Of a stretch of DNA of 24,000 nucleotides, positions 7,775-15,386 are shown one piece after another. Both the position numbers and the translations under genes were made by a program. A model generated the notes under the pieces. The model was not told the origin of the DNA. It saw nothing but the letters and a program-made list of their open reading frames with translations, and did no database searches. Position 1 is the first letter of the stretch. Every line of letters starts with the position of its first letter. Origin of the DNA: Halorussus sp. AFM4 (GTDB taxonomy: Archaea > Halobacteriota > Halobacteria > Halobacteriales > Haladaptataceae); assembly GCF_051194995.1 (NCBI RefSeq), contig NZ_JBNTJT010000001.1, positions 795,886-819,885 of the forward strand, given 5' to 3'.

Positions 7775-8290
7775 GTGTTCCAGAACCTCGGCGAGGCGGC
7801 GCTGCGGCTGGTCGAGCAGTACGGCTACCTCGCTGTCGCGGCGTTCACGTTCCTCGAGGCCTCGCTGCTGTTCCCGCTCCTGCCCAGCGAGGTGGTCGTG
7901 CCCGGCGCGGCCGCGCTGCTGATCGGCGGGCCCGCGACGTTCGGGCTGTTCGTCGCGTCCGTGGTCGTCGGCACGACGGCCGGCAGCCTGTTCGCGTACC
8001 ACGTGTTCGGCGAGCGCGGCCGGTCGGCGTTGGCCGACCGCGGCGGCCGGCTCCGGCTCTCGGAGGACCGGCTGGAGCGGGCGACCGGGTGGTTCCGCCG
8101 GTGGGGCGAGAGCTCGGTGCTCTGGGGCCGGCTGCTGCCGGTCCTCCGGTCGCTGGTCTCGGTGCCCGCGGGGCTGGCCGGGATGGCCCGCTGGAAGTTC
8201 ACGCTCTACTCGGCGACGGGCGCGCTCGCGTTCGGCGCGCTGGTAGCCGGGGCGGTCGAGACCGGGCTGAACCTCGTCGGTATCGCGTGA
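7775..8290 (+). CDS. DedA/VTT-family membrane protein
   Basis: YGYLAVAAFTFLEASLLFPLLPSEVVVPGAAAL plus the later RWGESSVLWGRLLPVLRSLVSVPAG match the DedA pattern. GTG start. Confidence 0.8.
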   Translation: MFQNLGEAALRLVEQYGYLAVAAFTFLEASLLFPLLPSEVVVPGAAALLIGGPATFGLFVASVVVGTTAGSLFAYHVFGERGRSALADRGGRLRLSEDRLERATGWFRRWGESSVLWGRLLPVLRSLVSVPAGLAGMARWKFTLYSATGALAFGALVAGAVETGLNLVGIA

Positions 8291-8577
8291 GGGGCGTCGA
8301 CCGGCGCCGTGGCAGTCGCTCCGTCGGGGACGGCGCGGCCGTCTCCGGTTAGTCGGACTGACGGTCGCCGGCCCGCCCCGACCGAGTTCGGCGTCGGCGC
8401 CGGGCGACCGCGCGAGGCGTCCGGGCGGAACTCGTCCCGGCTTCGCACTTGAACCTTCGCGCGGGACAGCACTGCCCCGGAAGGTCGTCCGCTACGGCCT
8501 CGGGGCGTCGCCGGGCGAGAACGCCGGGTCCGGGGCAGAACGCACTTCCGCCGGCGCGTCGAGAGTTCGACACTACG

Positions 8578-9045
8578 ATGGACCGAATCGAGGCCTCCCG
8601 CTTCACCAGTTGGCTCGAGAGCGGCGTCACCGTCCTCCAGTCGGCTATCGCCGCGTTCCTGGTCGTCCTGCTGCTGCTCGGCGTCGTCACGCTCGCCATC
8701 ACCATCGGAGAGGCGGTCCTGGCCCGCGACATCACGAACGTGACGGCCACGCTGTCGCTCGTCCGGTCTGCCATCGACATCGTGCTCTACCTGTTCGTCA
8801 TCGTGGAGCTCTACCACACGGTCGTCGCCTACGTCGAGGCCCAGAGCGTCGTGCTGGCGGTGATCCACGCCGGCCTCATCGCGGTCGTGCGCCAGATCAT
8901 CACCTTCAAGCCCGACGACTACGGGCCGACCGAGGCCATCACCATCGCGGGCGTCTACGTCCTGCTGCTCGTGGGGCTCCTGCTCGGCTTCTGGGTGGTC
9001 CACCGGCAGATAGAGGAGGATGACGCCGAGAGCGAACTCGCGTGA
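8578..9045 (+). CDS. PsiE-like (phosphate-starvation-inducible E family) membrane protein
   Basis: Four TM helices. AIDIVLYLFVIVELYHTVVAYV and VIHAGLIAVVRQIITF resemble the E. coli PsiE segments YFLYFEFIALIVKYF and YIGITAIVRLII. Start at ATG 8578; the upstream track extension is Arg/Pro junk. Confidence 0.7.
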   Translation: MDRIEASRFTSWLESGVTVLQSAIAAFLVVLLLLGVVTLAITIGEAVLARDITNVTATLSLVRSAIDIVLYLFVIVELYHTVVAYVEAQSVVLAVIHAGLIAVVRQIITFKPDDYGPTEAITIAGVYVLLLVGLLLGFWVVHRQIEEDDAESELA

Positions 9046-9064
9046 CAGGAGGCAGCGGCTCGTC

Positions 9065-9382
9065 TCAGGACGGCAGCGGACAGAGGCTCGCGGTCAGCAC
9101 GGCAGTCTCGTCGGTCTCGTTGCGCGCGCCGTGGACCTGACCGCGCTCGTGGAGCACCACGCCCGGCGCCTCGACGACCTCCTCGTCGTCGCCCTGTACC
9201 ACGGTCACTGCGCCTTCGAGCACGTGGAAGACGTTCGTCGCGTCGGGGTGGTCGTGGGGCGACAGCTCGGCGCCGGGGCCGAGCGCGAACGCCTTCACGA
9301 GCACGTCGTCGGTCGCGGCCAGTTCCTCGTCGAGCACCTCGCCCTCGTCCGGGTCGAGGTCCGGGTAACGGTCGAGTCCCAT
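9065..9382 (-). CDS. Cupin-domain protein (105 aa)
   Basis: Cupin motif 1 GAELSPHDHPDATNVFHVLEG and motif 2 GVVLHERGQVHGARN. ATG at 9382. Confidence 0.85.
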   Translation of the reverse strand: MGLDRYPDLDPDEGEVLDEELAATDDVLVKAFALGPGAELSPHDHPDATNVFHVLEGAVTVVQGDDEEVVEAPGVVLHERGQVHGARNETDETAVLTASLCPLPS

Positions 9383-9407
9383 GTATCGGTAGACGGCGCG
9401 GCGGGCC

Positions 9408-9414
9408 TTAAAAT
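9408..9414 (-). promoter_or_regulatory. TATA box (ATTTTAA on the minus strand) for the cupin gene
   Basis: 26-32 nt upstream of ATG 9382. The same GATTTTAAGG element recurs at 23977-23986. Confidence 0.5.
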
Positions 9415-9415
9415 C

Positions 9416-9982
9416 GGGCAGGCGGTACGCGGTCGGCCTCGAAATCGGATCCGTTCGAGACGAGTGCGGCCGAGGTCGGGTCGTCCCCGGCCGGCGGCCG
9501 CCCCGAGAAAAGCGGGGCGGCCGGTTCGCAAGGGATAGCGGAGCGGCGGTCGATGGGTGCGGACTGTGCCTCTGGCGGTAGGAACGACGAGCGACGCCGA
9601 GGCGGTCGGCTGTCGCGCTGACGGAAACCGGGCCGGTGGGCGGGTCCGACCCGGCCGGGTGTGTGCGTCGTCGCTCGTCGCGCCGGGATGTGCGGTTGCG
9701 GTCGGACGCGCGCTGCCGGGAGCGGGACGACAGCGCGCCGGTCGCAACGACCGCATCGAACCGTAGGAGCGCCGCCCACTTCAACCGGGGCGACCGTCCA
9801 GATGGTTCAGCCCCGTTCACCCTCGATTGAACGGTCGTGAACAGTTCAACTTCCGCGTAGGCGACGCGGTGCGCACTCAAGCACGGAGTAAGTGCACGCG
9901 AGGAGAGAGGCGTCGAGGCCGGCCGGACCCGGCGACGACGGCCGGTGGTCGGGATTACGCCCGGCCGAAGGTCACCGCCGGA
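9416..9982. other. 567-nt GC-rich stretch with no coding signal; candidate structured ncRNA or decayed gene
   Basis: All track ORFs here are basic Arg/Pro/Ser-rich. A/T counts by phase over 9601-9840 are 25/25/16, so no phase is depleted. Several perfect hairpins (see findings). Confidence 0.5.
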
Positions 9983-10201
9983 CTACGTCCGGTGGTCGCC
10001 GACGAAGCCGGACGAGAACGCGATCCAGGCGAGGACGCTCACGAACAGGATGGGCGGCAGGATGGCGAACCCCCAGAGGGGGTCGACGCCCCACCCGAGC
10101 AGTAACACCACGTCGAGCAGCCCCAGCGTCAGGAACGGCAGGACGGCCAGCGCCGCCTTCCGTCGGTCTCGCGACCCCGAGTCCGGGAAACGGTTCTCCA
10201 T
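9983..10201 (-). CDS. Small two-TM membrane protein (72 aa)
   Basis: MENRFPDSGSRDRRKAALAVLPFLTLGLLDVVLLLGWGVDPLWGFAILPPILFVSVLAWIAFSSGFVGDHRT*. Almost every codon ends in G/C. Not listed separately in the track (it is buried in the 9983..11002 ORF). Confidence 0.65.
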   Translation of the reverse strand: MENRFPDSGSRDRRKAALAVLPFLTLGLLDVVLLLGWGVDPLWGFAILPPILFVSVLAWIAFSSGFVGDHRT

Positions 10202-10220
10202 ACCCGAACCACCGGCCCGG

Positions 10221-10239
10221 ACGGACAAAAAGTGTCCGT
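10221..10239. promoter_or_regulatory. Perfect palindrome ACGGACA-AAAAG-TGTCCGT spanning the TATA-like T5 of the 10201 gene
   Basis: 7-bp arms. The central CTTTTTG (minus strand) lies about 25-30 nt upstream of ATG 10201. Confidence 0.4.
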
Positions 10240-10345
10240 TCGTCCCCGGCCCGCGCCGGTCGGCCGGACGCGTCGCGGCGGGCCGCTCTCGGCGGTGCGG
10301 ACCCCGGGGAACAGGGATTTGGTGACCGGCGACGTACCCCCGGAC

Positions 10346-11041
10346 ATGGCGACGACGACCAGACTCCACGCCGACTCGGACGCCGACAGCGGGATCTGGT
10401 GGCTCGACCTCGGCGGCGTCAACGCGTACCTCGCCGACGACCACGGGGACCTCGTGCTGGTCGACGCCGGCACGCCCCGCGACGCCGGCGACGTCCGGGA
10501 CGCAGTCCGGGAGACCGGCCACCGGGTCGCCGACGTGGACCGGGTGCTGGTCACCCACTACGACCTCGACCACGTCGGCGCGCTGTCCAAGCTCGACCTC
10601 GACGCGCCGGTGTACGTCGGCCGTGCCGACGCCGAGGTGCTGGTCGGCCGGCGCAAACCCGACTGGCGCAACCGCAAGGGACTGCTCCAGCGCGTCAGCG
10701 ACCTGTTCGTCTCGGCGCCCGACCTGCCGATCCGGCCGGTCGAGGACGGCGACCGGATCGGGAGCTTCACCGCCTACCACACCCCGGGCCACTCGCCGGG
10801 CCACACCGTCTACGTCGCCGAGGACCCGAGCGTGGCGTTCCTGGGCGACCTGGTCCGGGAGTCCGACGGCCGGCTCGAGCCCTCGCCGTGGGCGATGAGC
10901 TACGACACCGACGAGGTCGGCCGGAGCCTCCGGCGGCTGGTCCGTGAGGCGCCCGACTTCGAGGTGGCCGCGATGGGCCACGGCACGCCCATCATGCGGC
11001 ACGGAAGCGACCGCCTCCGGGAGGCGGCCAACCGGCCGTAG
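10346..11041 (+). CDS. MBL-fold metallo-hydrolase
   Basis: VLVTHYDLDHVG (a variant of HxHxDH in which the second His is Asp) and YHTPGHSPGH. Start at ATG 10346 (MATTTRLH). Confidence 0.85.
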   Translation: MATTTRLHADSDADSGIWWLDLGGVNAYLADDHGDLVLVDAGTPRDAGDVRDAVRETGHRVADVDRVLVTHYDLDHVGALSKLDLDAPVYVGRADAEVLVGRRKPDWRNRKGLLQRVSDLFVSAPDLPIRPVEDGDRIGSFTAYHTPGHSPGHTVYVAEDPSVAFLGDLVRESDGRLEPSPWAMSYDTDEVGRSLRRLVREAPDFEVAAMGHGTPIMRHGSDRLREAANRP

Positions 11042-11084
11042 GGCCGTCGACCCTGGCGGCGCGCGGCGCGGAGGGGCGGCGCCG

Positions 11085-11792
11085 TCAGTCGGCGGCCGAG
11101 CGCTCGACGGGTACCGCGGCGTCGTCGGCCAGCGAGTCCAGGGCGTCGCGACCGTTGACGGCGATGACCACGAACCCGACCTTGCTGATGAGGTCGAGGT
11201 AGGTGACGACCAGCACCTCGGTCCCGACGTCGAGCAGTCCCAGCCCGAGCGGGCTGAGTATCCACACGACCGGATACAGCGTCCAGAGGACGACGGTCAG
11301 GTTCCGGAGCTTGGTGAAGACGGCGTCGACCCTGTCGCTGTAGCCGGTCGCGGCGCGGGGGAGCGTCCGGAGCAGCAGCCACAGCAGCCCGAGGTACGCG
11401 ACCGACCCGGCGAGGTACATCGCGTACTTCGCCGTCCCGTCGAGGAGCCCGGCGACGACGCCCGACCCCATCACGAACACGTCCACGGCGACCAGCGCGG
11501 CGTACACCCGCCGACTAGGCCGGCAGAGCAGGCCGAGGTACAGCACCAGCAGCGGCGTGGTCAGCAGCCAGTCGACGTACCGCGGCAGGTACAGCACCGT
11601 GCCGCCGACGTCGATACCGCCGATACCGAGGGCCATGGTCGCGTACGCGACCGTCGCGATGCCCGTTATCAGCGCCAGGACCGCGTAGTGGGCCCGGTGT
11701 CGCCGCTCGGTCGCGAGCCGCCACGCCGGCGCGACCGTCCCGGCCGCCATGCCGATCGCGCCGATCCAGAACCAGCTCGTCGCCGCACTCAC
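11085..11792 (-). CDS. sopII: Sensory rhodopsin II (phoborhodopsin)
   Basis: Seven TM helices. RYVDWLLTTPLLVLYL keeps the counterion Asp and has Tyr at the BR-D96 position, so there is no proton donor. Retinal Lys is in YLDLISKVGF. Close similarity along the whole length to H. salinarum SRII as I remember it (TWFWxGAxGMxAGT, FxxLRNxTVVLWTLYPVVW). GTG start. Confidence 0.9.
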   Translation of the reverse strand: MSAATSWFWIGAIGMAAGTVAPAWRLATERRHRAHYAVLALITGIATVAYATMALGIGGIDVGGTVLYLPRYVDWLLTTPLLVLYLGLLCRPSRRVYAALVAVDVFVMGSGVVAGLLDGTAKYAMYLAGSVAYLGLLWLLLRTLPRAATGYSDRVDAVFTKLRNLTVVLWTLYPVVWILSPLGLGLLDVGTEVLVVTYLDLISKVGFVVIAVNGRDALDSLADDAAVPVERSAAD

Positions 11793-11798
11793 GCGTGC

Positions 11799-11805
11799 TC
11801 ACCTC
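11799..11805 (-). promoter_or_regulatory. Shine-Dalgarno-like GAGGTGA, 6 nt upstream of the sopII GTG
   Basis: Minus-strand CCGAGGTGAGCACGCGTG. Complementary to the haloarchaeal 16S 3' end (...GAUCACCUCCU). Confidence 0.55.
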
Positions 11806-11823
11806 GGTTCGTATCGGCCGCAC

Positions 11824-11931
11824 GTCCGGCGGCGTCCGGGCCTGTCGCCCGTCCGCGGTCGTTCGCCTCGGCTTTCCGTCCGCGGTCGTCGGCGCCTGTC
11901 GTCCGTCCGCGGTCGTCCGGTTCTGTCGTGC
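11824..11931. repeat. 27-nt tandem repeat x4 (core GTCCGCGGTCGT) in the htrII-sopII spacer
   Basis: The core starts at 11851, 11878 and 11905 (exact 27-nt period). A degenerate copy is at 11824 (GTCCGGCGGCGT). Confidence 0.85.
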
Positions 11932-11948
11932 GTTCGGTGTGGTTCCTG

Positions 11949-14264
11949 TCAGTCATCGTCGCTCACCACCGTCGGGTCGGCGTCGCGACCGGTCGTCCCG
12001 GTCTCGCCGTGGACCTCGAAGTCCTCGAGGAGCTCCCTGAGCTCGGCCGCCCTGTCGGCGAGGTCCGTCGCGTTCGCGCCGACCCGTTGCATCGTGGTCG
12101 TCTGCTGTTCGGCCGCGGCCGCGACGCCGTCGGCCTCGTTGGCCGTCTGTTCGCTGATGCTCGCGACCTCGCCCAGCATGTCGACCACGGTCTGGGTCGA
12201 CTCGGCCTGGTTCTCGGTCGCGTCGTTGATCTCCTGGATGCTCCCGTTCGTCTCCTCGACGTGGTCGACGATCCGTTCGAGCGCGTCTATCGCCTCCTCG
12301 ACGGTCTCGACACCGGTCGAGATCCGCTGGCTGGTCGCCTGCATGCCCTCGACCGTGTCGGCGGTCTGGGCCTGGATGCGCTCGATCCGCTGCTCGATCT
12401 CCGCGGCCGACTCCTTGCTGTCCTCCGCCAGGCTCTTTATCTCCTCGGCCACGACGGCGAACCCGTCGCCGTCCTGTCCGGTCCGGGCGGCCTCGATGGA
12501 GGCGTTGAGCGCGAGCAGGTTAGTCTGCTCGGCGATCTCGGTGATGACCTCGACGATGTCGCCGATGGCCGCCATCTCGGCCTCGAGCGCCTCGATCTGC
12601 TCGACGGTGTGCTCGGTCTCCTCCTCGACCGCGTCCATCTCCGCGATGGCCTCCTCGGCCGCGCCGCGCCCGTCCTCGCCCGCCTCGGCGGCCCGCTGGG
12701 ACGTCTCGGCCAGGCTGTCGACGGTCGACGCGACCTGCTCGGCGCTCGCCGAGAGGTTGTTCATCTCGCCGGACACCTCCTGGAGGTTCTCGGTCTGTCG
12801 GTGCGCGCCCTCGGAGATCTCCTGCACGGCCTCGTTGACGTCGGCGCTTGCCGACATCACCTCGTCGGCGCTGCCGTCGACCTCCGTGGCGGCCGCGGAG
12901 ACGTGGTCGGCGAACTCCTTGACGTTCGCCACGGTCTGCTCGATCTCGCCCATCATGTCGTTGAACGCCCGGCCGATGGCCGTCATCGCGTCGCTCCTGC
13001 TCTCGGAGTCGACCCGCTCGGTGAGGTCGCCCTCGGCGCAGGCCACCATCACGTTCTGGTAGTGCTCGGCCTTTTGTTCGAGGTGTCGGGTCATCGCCTC
13101 GGCCTCCTGCTTGGCCGCCTCGGCGCGCTCCTTGGCGGTCTCGGCCTCCTCGCGGGCCTGCTCGGACTCCCGGATCCGGCGCCGGAGCGAGTCGCGCATG
13201 TCGCCGAACGACGCGTACAGCGTGCCGATCTCGTCGACCCGCTTCGTCTCGAGGTCCACGTCCAGGCTCCCGTCGGCCATCTCGTCGGCCTTGGCCGAGA
13301 GCTGTCGGAGCGAGATCACCGTGTTACTCCCGACGGTGACGCCGATGAGCGCGAGGCTGATGACCGCCATCAGGATGAGCCCCAGCACGTTGGACGTCAC
13401 CTGCGAGCGGAGCGCGTAGGCGTTCGACTTGGGCGCGTGGACCATCACGACCCAGTCGGCGGACTCCATCGGCGCGTACGCCATCAGCTGGTTCCCGCCC
13501 ATCTCCATGAACCCGGACTCGCCGGCGGTCCCCCGCTTCACCGCGGGGTTGTCGGCACCGCCGTGGTGCTGCTGTCCGATCATCGTCGTGTTCGGGTGCG
13601 CCACGAACAGCCCGTTCCCGTCGACGACGGCCGTGTACCCCCCGTCGACCGACTGTTCGAGCGCGGCGACCTGCTTCCTGATGTTCACCATGTAGACGAC
13701 CGCCCGGTTCGGCCGGTCCGGGACGGGCGAGATGACCGCGACGACGGGGAAGTCCGCGACCGACACCGTGAACGGCCGGGTGACGTAGGTGTCCTCCGGC
13801 CCGTCGAACGATGGCGGGTCGGTCGCGAACGGCGCCCCCTGCTCGCGCGGACTCACGCCCACCATGCCGGACGACGAACTGGTGACGAACGTCATCCGCT
13901 CGGTGTCGAGGTAGTGGACCGCGACCACCCCGCGCGGTACCTGCCCGTCCTCGACGAGGCCGGACAGGTGCTCCCGTATCCGGTCGGGGTCGCCCGACGC
14001 GAGCGCCGGATGCTCCGACGTCGTGCGGGCCTGCCGCTCGACGTTCGAGAGCCACCGGTCGAGTTCGTTCGCCTGTGCCTTCGAGAGCGTCGTCAGGTCC
14101 TGCTGGGCGTCGGCCTGGACCGTCTCGGCGGTCCGGAAGTGAACCAGCGTCCCGAACGCCACCGTGATCGCGATGACCGCGAGCAACGCGATAGCCAGTT
14201 TTGCGGCGTAGCTCCGCCTGATTCGTCCCAGTGAGGGAATCCGACTCCCCGGTGAACCGTTCAT
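11949..14264 (-). CDS. htrII: Sensory rhodopsin II transducer, long form with extracytoplasmic domain (methyl-accepting protein)
   Basis: TM1, then a ~245-aa extracytoplasmic domain, TM2, HAMP, and a long MCP signalling domain ([14 protein letters not shown]). Sits immediately upstream of sopII. Start taken at ATG 14264, which fits the TATA at 14290-14296. TTG 14291 is the alternative. Confidence 0.9.
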   Translation of the reverse strand: MNGSPGSRIPSLGRIRRSYAAKLAIALLAVIAITVAFGTLVHFRTAETVQADAQQDLTTLSKAQANELDRWLSNVERQARTTSEHPALASGDPDRIREHLSGLVEDGQVPRGVVAVHYLDTERMTFVTSSSSGMVGVSPREQGAPFATDPPSFDGPEDTYVTRPFTVSVADFPVVAVISPVPDRPNRAVVYMVNIRKQVAALEQSVDGGYTAVVDGNGLFVAHPNTTMIGQQHHGGADNPAVKRGTAGESGFMEMGGNQLMAYAPMESADWVVMVHAPKSNAYALRSQVTSNVLGLILMAVISLALIGVTVGSNTVISLRQLSAKADEMADGSLDVDLETKRVDEIGTLYASFGDMRDSLRRRIRESEQAREEAETAKERAEAAKQEAEAMTRHLEQKAEHYQNVMVACAEGDLTERVDSESRSDAMTAIGRAFNDMMGEIEQTVANVKEFADHVSAAATEVDGSADEVMSASADVNEAVQEISEGAHRQTENLQEVSGEMNNLSASAEQVASTVDSLAETSQRAAEAGEDGRGAAEEAIAEMDAVEEETEHTVEQIEALEAEMAAIGDIVEVITEIAEQTNLLALNASIEAARTGQDGDGFAVVAEEIKSLAEDSKESAAEIEQRIERIQAQTADTVEGMQATSQRISTGVETVEEAIDALERIVDHVEETNGSIQEINDATENQAESTQTVVDMLGEVASISEQTANEADGVAAAAEQQTTTMQRVGANATDLADRAAELRELLEDFEVHGETGTTGRDADPTVVSDDD

Positions 14265-14289
14265 CAGGCGGACGCTGGGAGTGTCGCTC

Positions 14290-14296
14290 AATAAGG
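14290..14296 (-). promoter_or_regulatory. TATA-like box (CCTTATT on the minus strand) for htrII
   Basis: Lies in the A/T-rich spacer 14292-14345, 26-32 nt upstream of ATG 14264. Confidence 0.45.
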
Positions 14297-14360
14297 TTTG
14301 GTCGGATTACCAGAGCTGATAACGAGTAGCGGCAATCCCGGCCTCGACACCCGGGTTCGC

Positions 14361-15386
14361 TCACGGTCTGCGCGCGGGCCGCCACGTCCGCTGCTCCCGG
14401 TCGAGCAGCGAGACGACCGCCACGTGCGGGACCGTCAGCACCGAGAGGACGACGAGGTAGACCGCCGCTATCGTCGGTACTGCCGGGTCGCCGCGCGCCA
14501 CGACGGCGTACGTCCCCGCGGCGAGCGCGAGTCCGCCGAGCGTGAACGGCGCGGCGTCGCGCGCGAACCCGACGGCGGCCCGACCGGACGCGCCGTCGTC
14601 GAGCGCCGCGCTGGTCCCGCCGTCGAGCCGCGCCACCCTGACGACGTGCCTGAGCGAGTGCCAGAGGGTGAAGTAGAGCCCGACGGCCACCACCGGCGGG
14701 ACCGCCGCGAAGAACGCCGACAGGAGGCCCGTCTCCGCGAGGTCGACCCGCCAGGCCGCGTCGCCGCCGGTGCGCCGGTACCCCAGCCAGAGCGACGCCG
14801 CGGCGAGCGTCGCGAGCCCGCCGCCGAGCGCCAGCCGGACGTCGGTCCGGAACAGCCAGTCTAGGGTTCGCGCGGCGCCGGAGTCGAACAGCGTCACGAC
14901 GTCGACGGCGACCGACCGATAGACGCCGGGGAACGCGACCAGCGGGACGACCATCGGCAGGCCGCCCCGGACCGCCGCGGTCAGCGCCCGCTCGACCCGG
15001 GTCGTCGGATGGCGGCCGGGCGTCCAGGCCGCCAGCGCGTGGACGTCGCCCTGTCCCCAGTGGAACCACGTGAGGCCGACGAACGCCGGGAACGCGACCG
15101 CCGGCGCGACGAACCAGACCGCGAGGAACGCCCCGGCCGCGAGGAGATACCACAGGCAGAAGGCCGCCAGCGACCGCGGCGTGACGCGTTCGCCCCGGGC
15201 CCGGGGCAGCGTCAGGTGGTCGACGGCGCCGTGGGGGACGCCGAGGACCAGCGCGCTCGCGAGCAGCGGGACGTACCGCCACCGGCCGGCGACGGCCACC
15301 CCGGCGAGCGACGCGAGAGCGGTCGCGCCCAGCGCCAGCCAGACCGGGACGAACAGGAACCGCTCCGGGCCGTCGCTCACGCCCAT
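14361..15386 (-). CDS. Brp/Blh-family beta-carotene 15,15'-dioxygenase (retinal synthesis)
   Basis: Multi-TM protein with the conserved His motifs GVPHGAVDH, WFHWGQGD and LWHSLRH. ATG at 15386. Confidence 0.85.
   Translation of the reverse strand: MGVSDGPERFLFVPVWLALGATALASLAGVAVAGRWRYVPLLASALVLGVPHGAVDHLTLPRARGERVTPRSLAAFCLWYLLAAGAFLAVWFVAPAVAFPAFVGLTWFHWGQGDVHALAAWTPGRHPTTRVERALTAAVRGGLPMVVPLVAFPGVYRSVAVDVVTLFDSGAARTLDWLFRTDVRLALGGGLATLAAASLWLGYRRTGGDAAWRVDLAETGLLSAFFAAVPPVVAVGLYFTLWHSLRHVVRVARLDGGTSAALDDGASGRAAVGFARDAAPFTLGGLALAAGTYAVVARGDPAVPTIAAVYLVVLSVLTVPHVAVVSLLDREQRTWRPARRP

Noticed and set aside
8291-8577. Possible small gene or RNA in the 287-nt gap upstream of the PsiE-like gene
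   Set aside because: I found no acidic ORF with a start codon, no repeats, and only a weak imperfect hairpin just after the DedA stop. There is nothing specific enough to call.
9797-9812. Origin recognition box (ORB)-like TCCAGATGGTTCAG
   Set aside because: It only loosely resembles the TCCAnTGGAAAC core. It has a C-string rather than the G-string, is a single copy, and has no A/T-rich unwinding element or adjacent orc1/cdc6 gene.
9416-9982. RNase P RNA or SRP (7S) RNA as the identity of the long non-coding stretch
   Set aside because: The size suggested RNase P. I could not find GGAAAGUCC (CR-I), ACAGAAnnCGGCUUA or AGAUGAAUG on either strand. GAGGGUGAACGG on the minus strand resembles CR-II but is in the wrong order relative to the only CR-I-like string (GGCACAGUCC). 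No SRP helix-8 GGAAG/AGCA motif is present either. A covariance-model search is needed for a firm answer.
11824-11931. CRISPR-like reading of the 27-nt and 31-nt tandem repeats (also 19325-19420)
   Set aside because: The units are directly adjacent with no unique spacers, there are only 3-4 copies, and no cas genes or leader are present.
10944-14234. 1096-aa plus-strand ORF, the longest in the window
   Set aside because: It lies antisense to sopII and htrII, whose identities are unambiguous. Its translation is an Arg/Gly/Asp/Leu-rich repeat mirroring the MCP heptads.
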